A stretch of 64,000 nt of DNA from Podarcis tiliguerta (Eukaryota): the NCBI GenBank assembly GCA_965153285.1, contig OZ229111.1. One strand, given 5' to 3'. A program made the position numbers and the translations under genes. Shown here one piece after another: positions 11,774 through 25,068 of the stretch. The notes under the pieces are model-generated. The model did no database searches. It saw only the letters and a list, made by a program, of their open reading frames with translations, and was not told the origin of the DNA. How positions within the stretch are numbered: the stretch's first letter is position 1; each line of letters starts with the position of its first letter.

Positions 11774-14700
11774 TCATACAGGCTTCAACAACATGGCATC
11801 CTCATGGTTTTGTATTCCGTTTCTCATTCCTTAATATTTCTGCATATAAAGAATGGCAATTGTGATCTGTTTTTAGATAAGTTATTACAAAATCTAATGC
11901 TTGAACAACCTAAATTACCTCAGCTCTCTGCTGTTCGAAAAAATATTCAGGAAAAGAAGAAATTGTCTGGTTAGATAGCTTTCATTGTTGTTGGGGTTAA
12001 ATAGAGTGTTTGGCAAAAACATGATGTATCAATAAAGGAATAGGTGTATAGTGTATATAGGTATACATGCATTTATACATACTCTTTTCTCTCTTGACTC
12101 TTCTCCTGTGGCATTGGGGAAAATGCATTGGGTGGGTGTTGCGAGCAGGCCAGGAATTCGGGCAGCTGATTTGGGGCAAGAATATCCAGATCCAGTGGCC
12201 CTTTAGAATCACTGGCTGCATTGCAATCAACTGGGCAGGATTCTGCTCCTCCTGCAGGGAGACCTCAGTTTCAGGGTGTGGCACAGCTGCCCCTGACAAT
12301 TCTAAATTTAACTTTATCAAAGATGGGAAAAGAAATTTATTCAAATAAAATTTACTCCTTGCAAACCACCTAATTGTCCCTTCTCTGCTACTTCTACATC
12401 ACAAATTATTCTCTAAGGGAATCAACACTGAACACTAATGTGAAAGTGTGTTCAGCTATTGTGATTGGAAATGAATGCTGTATAGGATTGCTTCCACAGC
12501 AAGCTCTTCCATTTCAAATCGGGTCAGTGACACAAAATCTCATGTCCCTGCTGCTTTTTCAGTAGTGGTGCTTGCTTGCACTTCCAAGCCATTGAACACA
12601 GCACATTCTTCTTCTTCTTTTCTCATAGAGTAAGAATCATTCAGCTCTTTATAAAGAAAATCCACAGTGGCCTTGTTAGTGAATGTAGAGCTGTTGGGCT
12701 CTTGATTTCCAGCCAAAAGCTAATGTCAGACTTAATGAGATTGACTATTGAATCAGGCAGACAAAAAGGCATAAGCTGGCCAAAGCCAGAACCTTTTGTG
12801 TTTTTGTTCAATCAAAGTTTAACCTACTTTTGAATTTAGTACTGTGTTTAATTAAAATAAGCCAGTTTGCATTTCTAGCTATCAAAAAAGGAGCTGGCGT
12901 TCCTTTTTTTATGATGCTTTTTAAGAAATATTGGGGCTGGGGATTTAAAAGTACTTCTTGAACTTGGGAAAGCAGCCAACATCTATATTAAAATAGTAGC
13001 TTAATTTGTAGCTGTCAGGAAACCGTCAGCTGAGAAAGCAGCTTTTATTAATTAGAAATGAAGTGTGTTAAAGTTTCCATAATAGAATATTTCAAAATGT
13101 CTTTGAAACGTTCAGAGAAATGTCACAAATAAGGAAGTGACTTTGCTTTAGAAAATGTGAAAAAGTCAAATTGAGGAGGAAGGAAGAACCACGTGAATTT
13201 TCAAAACATTGTTTTGCCTTTTTTTGTTTTGAAAAGCTGAAAAAATGGGTTCTTTGTATGTTGAATGCCTGCATGTAAATTTTATTAGCCAGTTTTGTAA
13301 CATTTGAAACAGACCTCATGAGCATAGTGAACCTGGTCAGTTCTTTCTAGATTTCTGTTTTGTTCATTACATGTAGCGAAGTTGCTGTGCTAGCAAACAA
13401 ATAAGCTAAGAATTTTTAAATGAACGGGAGGAGGGGGAAATGTATGTAGGTCAGTCATTTTCTTGTCTCTTGATATGAGCTTGTCTTGTGAAACCCAGTC
13501 AAAAGGCAAGAGAACCTTCAATCTGCAAGGCCTTTACTAGGCTCCATTTCCGGCAATTGGAGTTTCAGGGAGAGGCTATAGTTATACGCAAGCTTCAGAT
13601 TGCTTTAAGGCAACAGAATAAGCACATAACACATGTGTTTGCCTTCCTCATGCTAGTAACAGCAAGATTTGATGACAGCTTTTTCTTAGTGCACTCTGAG
13701 AGTAGGCATATAGTCTTCATCACAGAGATCAGGAAAATTGAACCAATTTGTTGTCAAAAAGCCCATGGCTGTGTTTAAATTTAGCCCATACTGCTGCTTT
13801 CACAGCAGTGAGAAGCAAACCTCTGATCGAAATCAATTTAAACTGTCAGTCAACTAACTGTAGCAGAAATCTGTTTTTTCCAGCATCTTACTACAGTGAT
13901 GTAAGCAGCTTCTTTGCGGGGCCTTGGGTGGGTGGGGGGAATACTAAGGTAAAAGTTTGGATGAGAGGGATGGTAGAAATGTCTTGGAAGCTTACAACGA
14001 ATTGATGAATACAGAGCAATGTGGGTGAAATGACCCAAATAACAAAGAGGAAAGTGTCAAGGATTTCCTAACAAAAATGGACAGTCTGTGTTGAAGGAAA
14101 TGAATGGAGAGAGAACTTGATAGGCAAATGTGACACGAGGCAGATCTGTAGCCAGATTATTGAACAGATGTAAAAGGATAGAATGGTATTAATATTTAAC
14201 ACTTAGAAAACACCTAAACTTTTAAGTGTTATACATATGTTTAAAGATAAGACTGTCACTGCCTGCCTTATGATCATGGGCCATCTGCCTGGTGTCTGGG
14301 AAGGGGCAAAGTGTGCTTCTGCAGTCCCAAGTAACAGGCAGTTGGAGCAAAATGTTCTTTCATGCTGGGTTGCGGGGAGCATTCCCTCTGCAGTTGTTCA
14401 TACTGTGACCGATGAAAGAGATCTGGATACATTGCAGAAGTTCTATTTTCCAGGTGTCTAATATGTAACAGCACTGACTGCTTGCTGCACAAAACACAAG
14501 TGGCACGCTTCTGCACACAAGCCTTGCAGCCCTTCTTGGCAACTGTTTTATACACAGGCTACCTTGAATTTTATTTTATTTTATTAAATTTGTATACTGC
14601 CCTTCATCCAGAGATCACACTTACATGCCATCAGCCGAGAGTTTATTAAACCTGTAGTATTACAATGTCCATACAGAAGTATGCAATGGTTTTATTACTG

Positions 14701-14903
14701 GAAAAAGAGAGGTCTTTCTAATTTTCCAAAAATTCACATAGCTCAGATGGTTAATTTTTTAAAAAAACTGATGTTTCTTTTGCATTTCTGTGACCTTGGT
14801 ATAAAAGTAGATTGAAATGCGTAAACTTTGTTGTTAGCAGAGTCGCTTGGTTTTTTCTGCCTCGTTCCTAATAGGATTCTTTTTATTGTTGCTTCTTTCC
14901 TAG

Positions 14904-15013
14904 GTGGCCACTTCTTTCACCGTAATTCCCTCTCTCCTCGGAGCCTGGTTTATGAGAATGACTTCTCTTCCATTGAACCTGTCTTGGACATGTATGATGA
15001 GAACAAGACCTGA
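14904..15013 (+). CDS. RNF130: RNF130 alternative distal last exon (SGHFFHRNSLSPRSLVYENDFSSIEPVLDMYDENKT*)
   Basis: Strong acceptor ttgttgcttctttcctag|GT. Phase 1 fits the exon 7 donor (A+GT = Ser). The frame stays open for 36 codons to TGA and resembles alternative RNF130 C-termini as I recall them. Confidence 0.75.
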
Positions 15014-18000
15014 AGGGGATCTGCATTCTTATTGCTTTGCTCTCTTTCCCCTTTCCTTTTCCGTTTCTCATTCCTATTGTTGTGTACTCCTTCCATGGGT
15101 GTCCTTTGTCTGAAGAAGAGCTGCCTTTTCCAGAACATGTGCCTGGCTGCCAGGCTGCAAAGGTGAAGCTCAGCTGAGGCAATATCCAAGGATGACATCT
15201 GTAAATGGATGAAGTGTGTGCACAAAGTCGGCTGTTGGAGGTTGCCGAGTGACCAAGTTGTCATTAGCAGTGCCAGCGGGATGGTGTTGGTATGCTAGAG
15301 GTTTTGCCCTACTCTCAGTTTTAATTTTGTACAACAGTCACCTCTCCCGAGTAGGCACATGATATTTCTCTTCTTTTTTTCAAAAAAAAAAAAGTTGCAG
15401 TGTTTGCCAGCTTAGTTGCCTGATGGAGGAGGTGGTAGGCTACATGCCCAAAGCGCTCCAGTTATTCTTCATTCTAACCTTGATCTTACACTGAACATCC
15501 CCATTCCAAAGGGATCTATGAGAAATGTATTAATGTTCCAGCTTTCCATTTAACAAGCTGATGGCAGAACTAGCCAACGTTACAGCAGCATTACAGCCTG
15601 CAATATTCGTACAGGATTTTTCAGGGGTGGGGGATGAGGGTTCCTACTTCATTGCTGCGGTTAAATATGAACAAAAGCTGCTTAGAAAGAATGCAAAAAA
15701 ACAAACAAAACAGCCATTTTTACAGCCTTCCTGCTGAAGGAATCTCAGACTGATGCTGCTGCTGAAATTTATAAAACCAATATTTGATCTTTAGATGATT
15801 TAGACTTCTTAAGAAGAACCCAGGAATCAGAAATAGGTTATTGCTTGTTTTTTTAAAAGGTGTGTACTTTTTCACTCTGATTTTTAAAAAGCCACTTACG
15901 TTGGTGTTACATACTGAAAGAACTGGAAGCATCCTTCATACATTTTTACCTGAGATAACTAATCATAAAGCAACAAACACTTTTCTGAAGCTACACCTGT
16001 TCCAGAGGACATCAACAGTATGAATCCAGTATGGAGGAAATGCAGTTGCTACTTTGACATCTAGGAGCAAATCCATATTTACTAGAATGGGACAGTGGCT
16101 GTAGGAAATAAACTTTCCAACTGATGCAAAAATGGACAGCTAAAAGAACAAAGACTATAGGGTGTGTGTTTTTTAAGTAGTTGGCAGTGTTGCTTAAGCA
16201 AAAAATAGCAATTCAGAACAAAATTATGCGATGGTGCATCTAAAGTAGCTTTTCCTACTGTGGGTGCTGCATAAAATGTAACAATTGAGAATAGTCGTCC
16301 GTCCCCCCCATTGCAAATCTGAGCTGCTGTAGAGATAGAAGTGGTATGCTTGTAGTGTGGACACTTAATGCTCTTATGAATCTTGTTTGTTGAAGAAATT
16401 GAAAACCAAAAGAAAAGGTAAGGAATGTTGCGTGGGTGTCTCGTTCCATTCAGGCAGCTTACAGATGAAAAATGTCTTGTTTTTCTCCTGCAGAAAGCGG
16501 GCTTTCACAAGATCTCTCCTGCCCTGAAATGTTGTGATGCTGAAAGTTTTATGCAAAGACTTGAAATTAGCTCTGTGAAGCTAAGTGTTTCTTCGTTAGC
16601 AGGAATGCCCTTTCTGTGTTGCTGAGATGGCCATATTGTGTGTCTGATCATTCTTAACTGGGTGATACAGAGCTTAGGGACTTAGCACTGGCAGCCGTTT
16701 TGTTTGTTATATGTGCCAGGTAAGTTTTAATGTACTCCACTGAACTGTGAGAGATTCTTTACAAAATCTATTTAAAAGCACAGTCTTGAAGTATTGTGAA
16801 TGAAAGTTAGATGATTTAGTGGAGAAGATCAGTAATACTGATTACATGATTACAATGATATTATTTAAATGGACACACAAAGTCTAGCATTCATTTTTCC
16901 TTTTACAAACTGCCAATACCATACACTTCTCTGATGGCAAGAAAGCATCTTATGAAAGAAGTGTATGTAAAGTGCTCTCGTATTGCAGAGTTTTTAGTGC
17001 ATAGCTAGAATCTTGATTAAAAAACGCCTAAAACAGGTTCTGCCCCTGCCCAATCCCTTTTATTAACTATACATCTGCAATTATTCACATGTAATAAATC
17101 ACAGTAGTTTACCTGATTTTAAAATTTTAACTAGCTGAAGTTAATTTTAAAACTGAACTGTTACTGAACTTTACTGAATTCTTACAGCCATAACATTGAA
17201 TTATTTAAGACTGGGTGTTTGGCAGGATTTTGTGGAATGTTCAAAGGTCACTGTGTAGGCCCATAGCCTGAAAGGCAATAAAATATATTAACTGGATAAA
17301 CTTTTAGAAAATGCTAATTGGAAGCAAAAATACCAATAATTCTTTGTGCACAGAGGGCCCATTCCAGAGAAAATGTAGTTCAATCGGTGGTTGATTTCAA
17401 TGAGATTTAAGTGTAATTACATTCCTTTGTATTTGCATTTTGACGGGTGAGTGGTAATATCATAGTCATGTTTTTAACAGATTCAGGCCACTATTTTAAC
17501 CAAATTTATACCGTTTCTAGCAAGATCCAGGCTTCTCCTCCTCCTCCTCCTAACGTAATGGATTTTCAAGCTGGAATCATTCTATATAGATGAATAAGGC
17601 AACTTATGATTTAGGGCATTGTTTGCTAGATATAAACAATGTTTGCTCTCCAAATCAAGGAGAGATCTATTGTTTGAACACATACAGCTGCTGCTATAGA
17701 GTCAGATCATTGGCTCCTCTAGCAGTTCTGGCTGCCAGCTGCCCCAAATCCCAGGCCTGCTGCCCCAAATGCTTTAAAATAGAGGCGCTACCATGGATGA
17801 GTTTGGTATCTTCTGCATGCGAAACCTATGTTTTATCACTGAGCTATGCTCTGCCCTCTCTCGTTTCTAGAGCATGAGGCAGGGCAATCAGAATTCAGTG
17901 AACTACAGCTGGCCACTACACTAATATTTCTCTTTGGTATCTGAGGCATTGGTGGCAGTGCCTGAAGCTAAGAAAATAGAGCAACGAAAGGGAAACATGG

Positions 18001-19755
18001 AAGCCTTAAACAAACTGTAGTTACTATTGAGTTATCTGTCTGACTCAGAATGTTGCGCCCTACTGCGGCCGTTCAACATGTCTTGGCTCATGAAGAACCT
18101 TGACAGTTGCCACTGGAGCATATTCTGTGTCCTGATAACTTGGGAATAGGCAGCAATCAAGAAAAGCCTTCAATTGTAGCTTTTCAAATGTGGCTTTTGT
18201 CTGAGCTGTAAATTGTAGTATCCCTCTGAACAATAAAAGCAAACAAACCAGCCCCCAGAAAGCAAGAAAGCACCCTTTGGAAAAGCCTAGTGCTGCTTAA
18301 ACTTCAATGATTCCTTAAGTAGATGTCATCAAGATTGGGCCTCCTTCCCCTATAAATCTTCCAAACATAAAATATTTTGCTATCTTGAGAGAGAATGCAG
18401 TAGGGCGGTGAGCTCTAATTTAAGTATTATGTATTGCCCTTTAAGAACAATGGTGGCTTACGTTCAGGGGCATATATTTTATCTTGACAGTATCATTCAC
18501 TCTTTTATTTAGCCCAATATGGGTTTTTTTAAAAAATAATAATCAAGATTTCTGAACACAGGTCAGACCATGATGTGAGCACACATTGATTCATTCTCAA
18601 GACTAGAATGTTTGTACATAATCAGCCCAAATTTGGGGTGGGTAGGGTGGGATTGAGATGGATTTGGTCTTGTGAACCTACTATTTTGCCATTGACACTG
18701 TTGTGAAAAACAGTATTTTTAAAATAAAAAGACAACTGGGGAAATTGGCATGTACATAAACACAAGTTTTAAAACTCCCATCCTGCTTATATTTGGCTGC
18801 ACTCCAAGCAAAAAAACAGCTTGCATAGTTTTTAAAGATGTTTATATTACATGTGAAATGGCTGTTCAGTCTTCTCACTTGAAAAGTGCAGCAAATACAC
18901 AGCCCAATATAAGAATTGTGCTATACATGTTTTTTTTCTTCAGAGTTTATCACATGTAAGGGAAAAAATGTGAGAAAGTGGCTCTTCCAAAAGGGATTCT
19001 TCATGTGCCTACCCATCCAGCATTGCACAAGTTCCCTTAGCCAACTACAGAGACTGGGTCCTGCTCTGCAACTTTCTAGAGAGCATGCATTTTATTAATA
19101 TCTGGGTGTGGCTACTTATTATAGGTAACACAAAAACAGGTAATGCAGGCATGGGGGTGGGGCATGTCTGTTTCTAAATTTATTACACTCCCAAAGATTT
19201 CAGGCAGTTCATTTGAAAGATTAGTTAATTGCACCCATCCTTGCTCAATGTTTCCCCCCTATATGTGTATGATAACTAATTTACCTAGTTAAAAATGCAT
19301 TTTAGCAGATGTAGTACTTAAGACTTATATTGTTTTTATTATCTAATTCCCTAACTGTCGCTTTGTTCAAGAACTGCACAGGTATGTAGAGGCTATACTA
19401 TTACAAGTAAAGTAAACTGTGGCTCAGTTGATAGAAGCTATCCTTTTCCTGTTACTTTTCTGGGGTTTATTATTGCAACTGGAGGAAATTGTAGCAATGA
19501 TAGACTGTGGTCTGGTCCACACACTTAACAGGCATTTTCGCATTGTGGAGCAGACATGTACTCTTCTCACCCGCCGCATAACACCACGCATCGCATATAG
19601 CGAACAGTTCACTAAAAGGCCCAAATTTCACAACTTGATTTCACAAGCCAGTTTCACATGATTTCCCCTTGCCTCTGCATGAGACACTTTGTCTCATCTT
19701 ATGTTCATGGGGCAGGGGTGGGAGGGAGAGGAGGGATAGTTATATGGCATGTCAA

Positions 19756-19893
19756 GTCATAGAGTTGGAAGGGACCCTGAGGATCATCTAGTCCAACACC
19801 CTGCAATGCAGGAATAGGCAGCTGTCCCAGATGGGGATCATACCTGCAACCTTGGCATTATCAGCACCACATAGCCAACTGAGCTATCCAGGC
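19756..19893 (-). mobile_element. tRNA-derived SINE (Ile-like head) with CR1-like tail
   Basis: Minus strand reads GCCTGGATAGCTCAGTTGG..GTGGTGCTGATAATGCCAAGGTTGCAGG..GATCCCC, then GGACTAGATGATCCTCAGGGTCCCTTCCAACTCTATGA. Confidence 0.75.
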
Positions 19894-21929
19894 TGATATG
19901 CACCTTCTTCTCCAGTATATTCACAGGATTGAGGGCTAATATATGAACAAGACCATTATCCACAAACTATTTTTAAAAGGTGTGCGTATATTAAAAGCCT
20001 GTTTCACTTGTAAATTCCTAGGAGATAGGCACGCACAATTAAGACTAACAGCCCTAAGAAAATGCGATTTTTAAAAATGTGAATAGGAATGGGAACCATA
20101 CACATACAAATAGACTGTTGCGGTGAGGGCAAAAATGTGGGTAAAACAGTAACTTTGGACAAATGGTTTGTTGATTTAGGAGTGCAAATACTTTAGTTAG
20201 GCAGAATAGTAACCCATGGACATATCCACCCTACAAATAAATGAAAGTCTGTTTTATACCACTATTGCCACCTTTGTGCCAGAAAGAGAAGGGTGTATTC
20301 AATCTAGCCTGGACTAAAAATAATCATTGGCTAATGCAATCAGCAAAGTGTGTGAGCATGGAAAAGGATAGTAAAAGTTGGTGCCTTCCCACTTTTAAAG
20401 ATGAGCATTTTTATCTATTCCTGGACTTTAGACAGCTAGTGTTCTTCCTTCCATAGGCAAACCACTTTCCCTTGGCATCTATGTTTTTATTGGTTGTGAT
20501 AAAGTAAGCTGGTAGGCTTGTTTTGCACAATTCTAGAGCTGGAAGATCATAAGGCATCTAATCTACTCCTGAATAAGTGTATTTACATATAAACCACCGT
20601 TAAAAATATTTCTCTAACCTTGTTTAAAAATGCCCAGTGACAGAGACTCCCTTAGTAACTTGTTCCATTCATTGTTGCTTCCTAATTATTCCTCCTACTT
20701 AATAATTTCCCTTGCTCACTTTCTGATTCATGTTCTAACTTGTGTGCCACACCCTCCCACACCCAATAATACTGTTTTTCACAGTAGTTATGAGTCCATC
20801 TCTATCCAGAGGGCACATCAACATATTTAAAACATGTAGGCCTATACAAAGACTCTGTTTTCGCAGTAAGACTGCATTGATGTGCCCTATGTGAATTTAC
20901 AGAGATTAAACAAAGTAACTAAGAAGCATCTGCATCATGGTTCCATGACGTTCAGTTGTTTACAGTGACATCTAGTGGGGAAGAAGGGGGTAAATGAGCT
21001 CTCCAGGCATTCATCTGATGTTTAAACAATGAAAACTCGTTGAGTCCTATTGTATGGCCTACATAGGAAAGAAAAACAGATATATAGCAACTTTTCAAGC
21101 AGACAATGCTGTATCCCCCCCCCCCTTAACCTTTTCTTCAACTGACCTATTATTTGGTGAAATCAGCATATTATGGATGGCCTTCTACTAGGTGCTATTG
21201 GGGTAAATGAAGTAGGCATAATCCTTTCTGTACAAAACTTAGCAGCTAACAAGAGAGTAGTTTGGTTTTATTGTTCCTTTTTCAAGCTGTACTTCGCCTG
21301 TAAAACATTTGCAGTTAGAAGGCTTGTCTACCCTCCTGTCACTCCCATATGTGTGGAAAGGGCTTCACACCCTCTTAGATTGTATTTATTTATTGCAGTT
21401 GATTGGTGCAGTCAAAACTGTATTATAGTTGTACTGAAGCAGCACAACTGCACTAATGGGTAGCAGTTGTACCAAGGATAGCTGCTTCTCTTCAAAACAG
21501 TGCCACTTGAACCACACAGCCTGTTTTTGGCAGTGCTCCGTTTGTAAAGCTTATCCTAGTATACAGTTGCAGTGATGGGGGGGAGCTGCACCTCTTGAGT
21601 TCCCTTCTGTCAGGTGGCTATTTAAAGCATAGGTTCCCTGATATTTCAGCTTAGACTGCAGGGGGATGACATCAGTTGAAATTGACCTGCAGTAAACTAG
21701 CAGTATGTAAACTCAGATTTTACTGTGTTCTGAAACTGGCACAATTAGCAGAATGTACATGATGTATTGCTATTAGCACACCTGTGCATTTGCTATAGGA
21801 GGGGCTTAGCTCCCTTTCCTATCAGTTCAGTAAAAAGATGATGATCTGGTGTGGGATTCACATGCACCAGGCGGGAAACAAGTGAGTTTTTGAACAGGAA
21901 ATATCTAGTTCCATCCAAGCGCTAAACAA

Positions 21930-22070
21930 GCAAGTTATGTTCAATGCTTCTGTTTCCTCATATATAATATGGTAATAATACCTACCTCACAGGAATAGTG
22001 TGAGACTTCATTCATTAATATTTATTAAGAATGGCAAGCTTCTTGCATGGATGGTGCTATGTAAATGCTT
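21930..22070 (+). mobile_element. Ancient CORE-SINE (MIR-like) fragment
   Basis: TCTGTTTCCTCAT.TATAA.ATGG.AATAATACCTACCTCACAGG core; a similar remnant lies at about 52255-52405. Confidence 0.6.
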
Positions 22071-24739
22071 ACATGTTTGTTCGCTTGTTTGCTTATATAT
22101 CTTCCCAGTTTTCCCTGTAGATGTCAGGCCCTCTGGGGTGCTGGACCATGTTGGCTAAAGCGTTGTGATCTGTTATTGTAACTGTACTCTGATTGTCTGC
22201 CTCTCTTTTTATTATTTAGTGTTTGTTCACTTATGCTTGATGGGCCATGCTTGTAACTCTCCTAAATGTTATTTCTTTTGATGTATCCAGACAATAGAAT
22301 ACAGTGGAATGGCATTTTAAAGGGAGGATCTGCTGACTCACTAAATTGGCGTACTCCCAATGAGTTCAGAATGTCTACGCTAGTATAAAGGGTCAATGAT
22401 TCTCCCGTTAGAATTGCCAGTCATGTCAATGATGGGATTTTAGCAAATGCCAGCTATTGAAGTTGTGTTCCATCAAGCACCTAGATTGCTAAAACCATGT
22501 TCTTATTATGTTGAGATCTGCTCAAATTATGGGGGGAAAGAAGACAGTGGTCCTGTATAAAACCCACAAGCCTCAAGTCCTGAGACTGCCCAATTTTAGT
22601 CAGATCATGGATCCCTGCACTCTCCCAAAAACAGTAGTGAAGGGGATCAAGCCCTCTCCGAGCTCCCTGTAATTTGAGCACTTCTGACAATCCCTGTAAG
22701 AGGGTATAAGAACCTAAAAAACACACACCAGCTATCACATTTGTTAACACACTGATGAGGTTGATCTGCATTAACGAAAAGCACATGTCAAATAACTGTC
22801 ACTCAGCTCTGTAGCTTGGAGAAAAAAGTTGCCATTTTTCTAGCATATAATCTAATTATTTGGAATGGCTCTGGCTGCCCCACTTCCAAGGTCAGTGAAG
22901 TTTCCTTCAGTTCTGGGAACTGAAGAGAAGAGACACTTGCTATGTTAGGCTGTGCTGTCTTAGATATGATGGTGGTGGTTATAATTAACAGGAGCATGAT
23001 GAATAACCCTCATACCTGGGCTTTATCCAGACACTGTATATCAAGGATGGCTAATCTGTGACCCTCCAAATATTGTTGGAATTCAGCTCCCATCAGTCTC
23101 AGACAGTATGGCTAATGGTCAGGGGTAGGTACGCCGCCTCTGCTGTATATGAAGGCTTTGCCAGCTTTTTCTGAAAGAGTTCCTGTGCCTTTCACAGCTG
23201 CATGCCAGGCTAAAATGCAACTTGTACAACTTCTCTTGGCATAAAGATGCAGTCATTTTTGGGGGGGGGGGGAGCTGCAGTTGCTAAGTTCCTTCTTGTC
23301 ATGCAGCAACTGAAACCACAGGAGCCCAGCCAAGAAAAAGAGGGGGAGGAGAAAATCTGTGGATATTTGGAAATCAACACTTGTGGGTTTAAGAGGAAAT
23401 GCTGCCACCAGAATTAAACATTCGACCTGCTTTCCTCTCTTCTCTACATCTGCACATTGCTCACTCTGGTGATTAAAATTGCTGCACTAAGCCTTATATG
23501 TTGGGAGAAAATAACTTTTCTGAAGTGCACAAAGCTAGCGGTATCCCAGTTGTTTGGTCAACTTAGCAGCAAAATAAATGGATATCTGCTAGATGCCCTT
23601 TTTGTGCCACTTAAGGGCTATGCATGCAATCCTTAGGTTTGTGGTTATCCATAGAAACTATTTGTATGGATATTTAGTTACGCTGAACCAACAGTTTGCA
23701 TTTGTATCAGCACACAGTTCAGTGGATGTGCTTAATCATGATTTGAGCTCATGTAACTACAACCAGCAGTCTTGAATCCAGACTGTTAGCCCAGATAGAA
23801 AATTTAAGTGGATAACTCTGTATGTAAGGCTCACGTGTCTGCTCAGGATCCCCAGGTACAGGCGAAGATTAACTATGCACAAAATGCAGTGAGAATAACT
23901 TTTAGCAGGTCTTTTGCAATGTGATGAGTGAAAGTGGTTAAACTATCAAACAGCGTGTATGTAAAATACAATGGCAGGGCCTATGTATTTGAATTCCTCA
24001 TTGCCATATTGTGAATTATACCAGTATGAACAACAGAGAGCCTAAAAATACAAACAAGCTACTAGAGGTCTGGCAAAATGAAAAGGATTATTTGCCTTGT
24101 TTCTAATCTAGGCATGTGCAGGCAGTCTGCCACCCTCTTGACAATCTAAACTTTAAAATCTGTGTGATAAGCTGTAGCTTGGCAGCCACAAAAATTCTTA
24201 GTCTACATATTTTGATGTAAGTATACTACGATATTGTAGCTATGTGGTATATGCTGATATGTTAATAGTGTATACCTTTAAGTTAGGATTTGCTAATGTA
24301 ATACATTTCAATAAAAAGCTATTTAAAAACAGCCTAACAGCCTATGCCTGCTTAATGGTGTTCCATTGCTCTGTATATGTGAGAATGTCACTGCCTTGCA
24401 GATCCCAGTGCACAACTGGTGAGACAATCTGAGATACCTGTTCTCCAGTGCTTCAAGAAAATGGATGAAATCTTCGGCACACAGAAAATTATCTTCTAGG
24501 TATCTCAGATGGCTCTTCGTGCATTTTATTTCCTGTTATACTTAGATATCATGTGACCACATGGCAGATCAGGAACCGGTGGACAAATTAAAAATAAGCT
24601 CATCTGCCTGATTCTCATCTCATGATACTTCACAAACTGTACTTTCACATAGTCAATTTTGTGTTCTATGGTGTTCAGCATTTTTTCAGCAGGCAGTTAA
24701 GAAGAATAGTAAGGCAAGATAATATAGGAAGAAGGAGCA

Positions 24740-25068
24740 ATCCCTAAACCTTAAGGTCTAACTCTTGTCTATAGACCACTAGTGGTCTATGAGCCTCATT
24801 CAGGCATGTCTGTGGATTTGTGGCTGAAGACTGGAGATGGCACTGCCATTAATTTGATTTTAATATTAATATTTATTGTAAATATTTTAATTCTATGGAA
24901 TTAAAATGGTAATACACTAAAATAAAAATAAAAGAAGCAATGAAATTTAGCATATCTAGCACATTGCATTACAATTGTTACAATAGAATTATTAAATGGT
25001 CTGCTAAGACCCTATTTAGCAATATTTTAAGTGTTCCATGGAGGGTGGGGTGAGTTGGGAACCTCTGA
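24740..25068. mobile_element. Degenerate hAT-like MITE, same family as 62224-62590
   Basis: Shared blocks GTGGTC.ATGAGC.TCATT.AGG, GGATTTGTG..TGAAGA, AATTCTATGG and AAATAAAAGAAGCAAT; boundaries approximate. Confidence 0.6.

Larger units (their letters stand above)
2387..15013 (+). other. RNF130: RNF130 gene, 3' portion (exons 4-9 plus alternative last exon); 5' exons lie upstream of the window
   Basis: Spliced exons translate to [82 protein letters not shown]...[35 protein letters not shown], matching RNF130/GOLIATH as recalled. All introns are GT-AG with matching phases. Confidence 0.96.
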
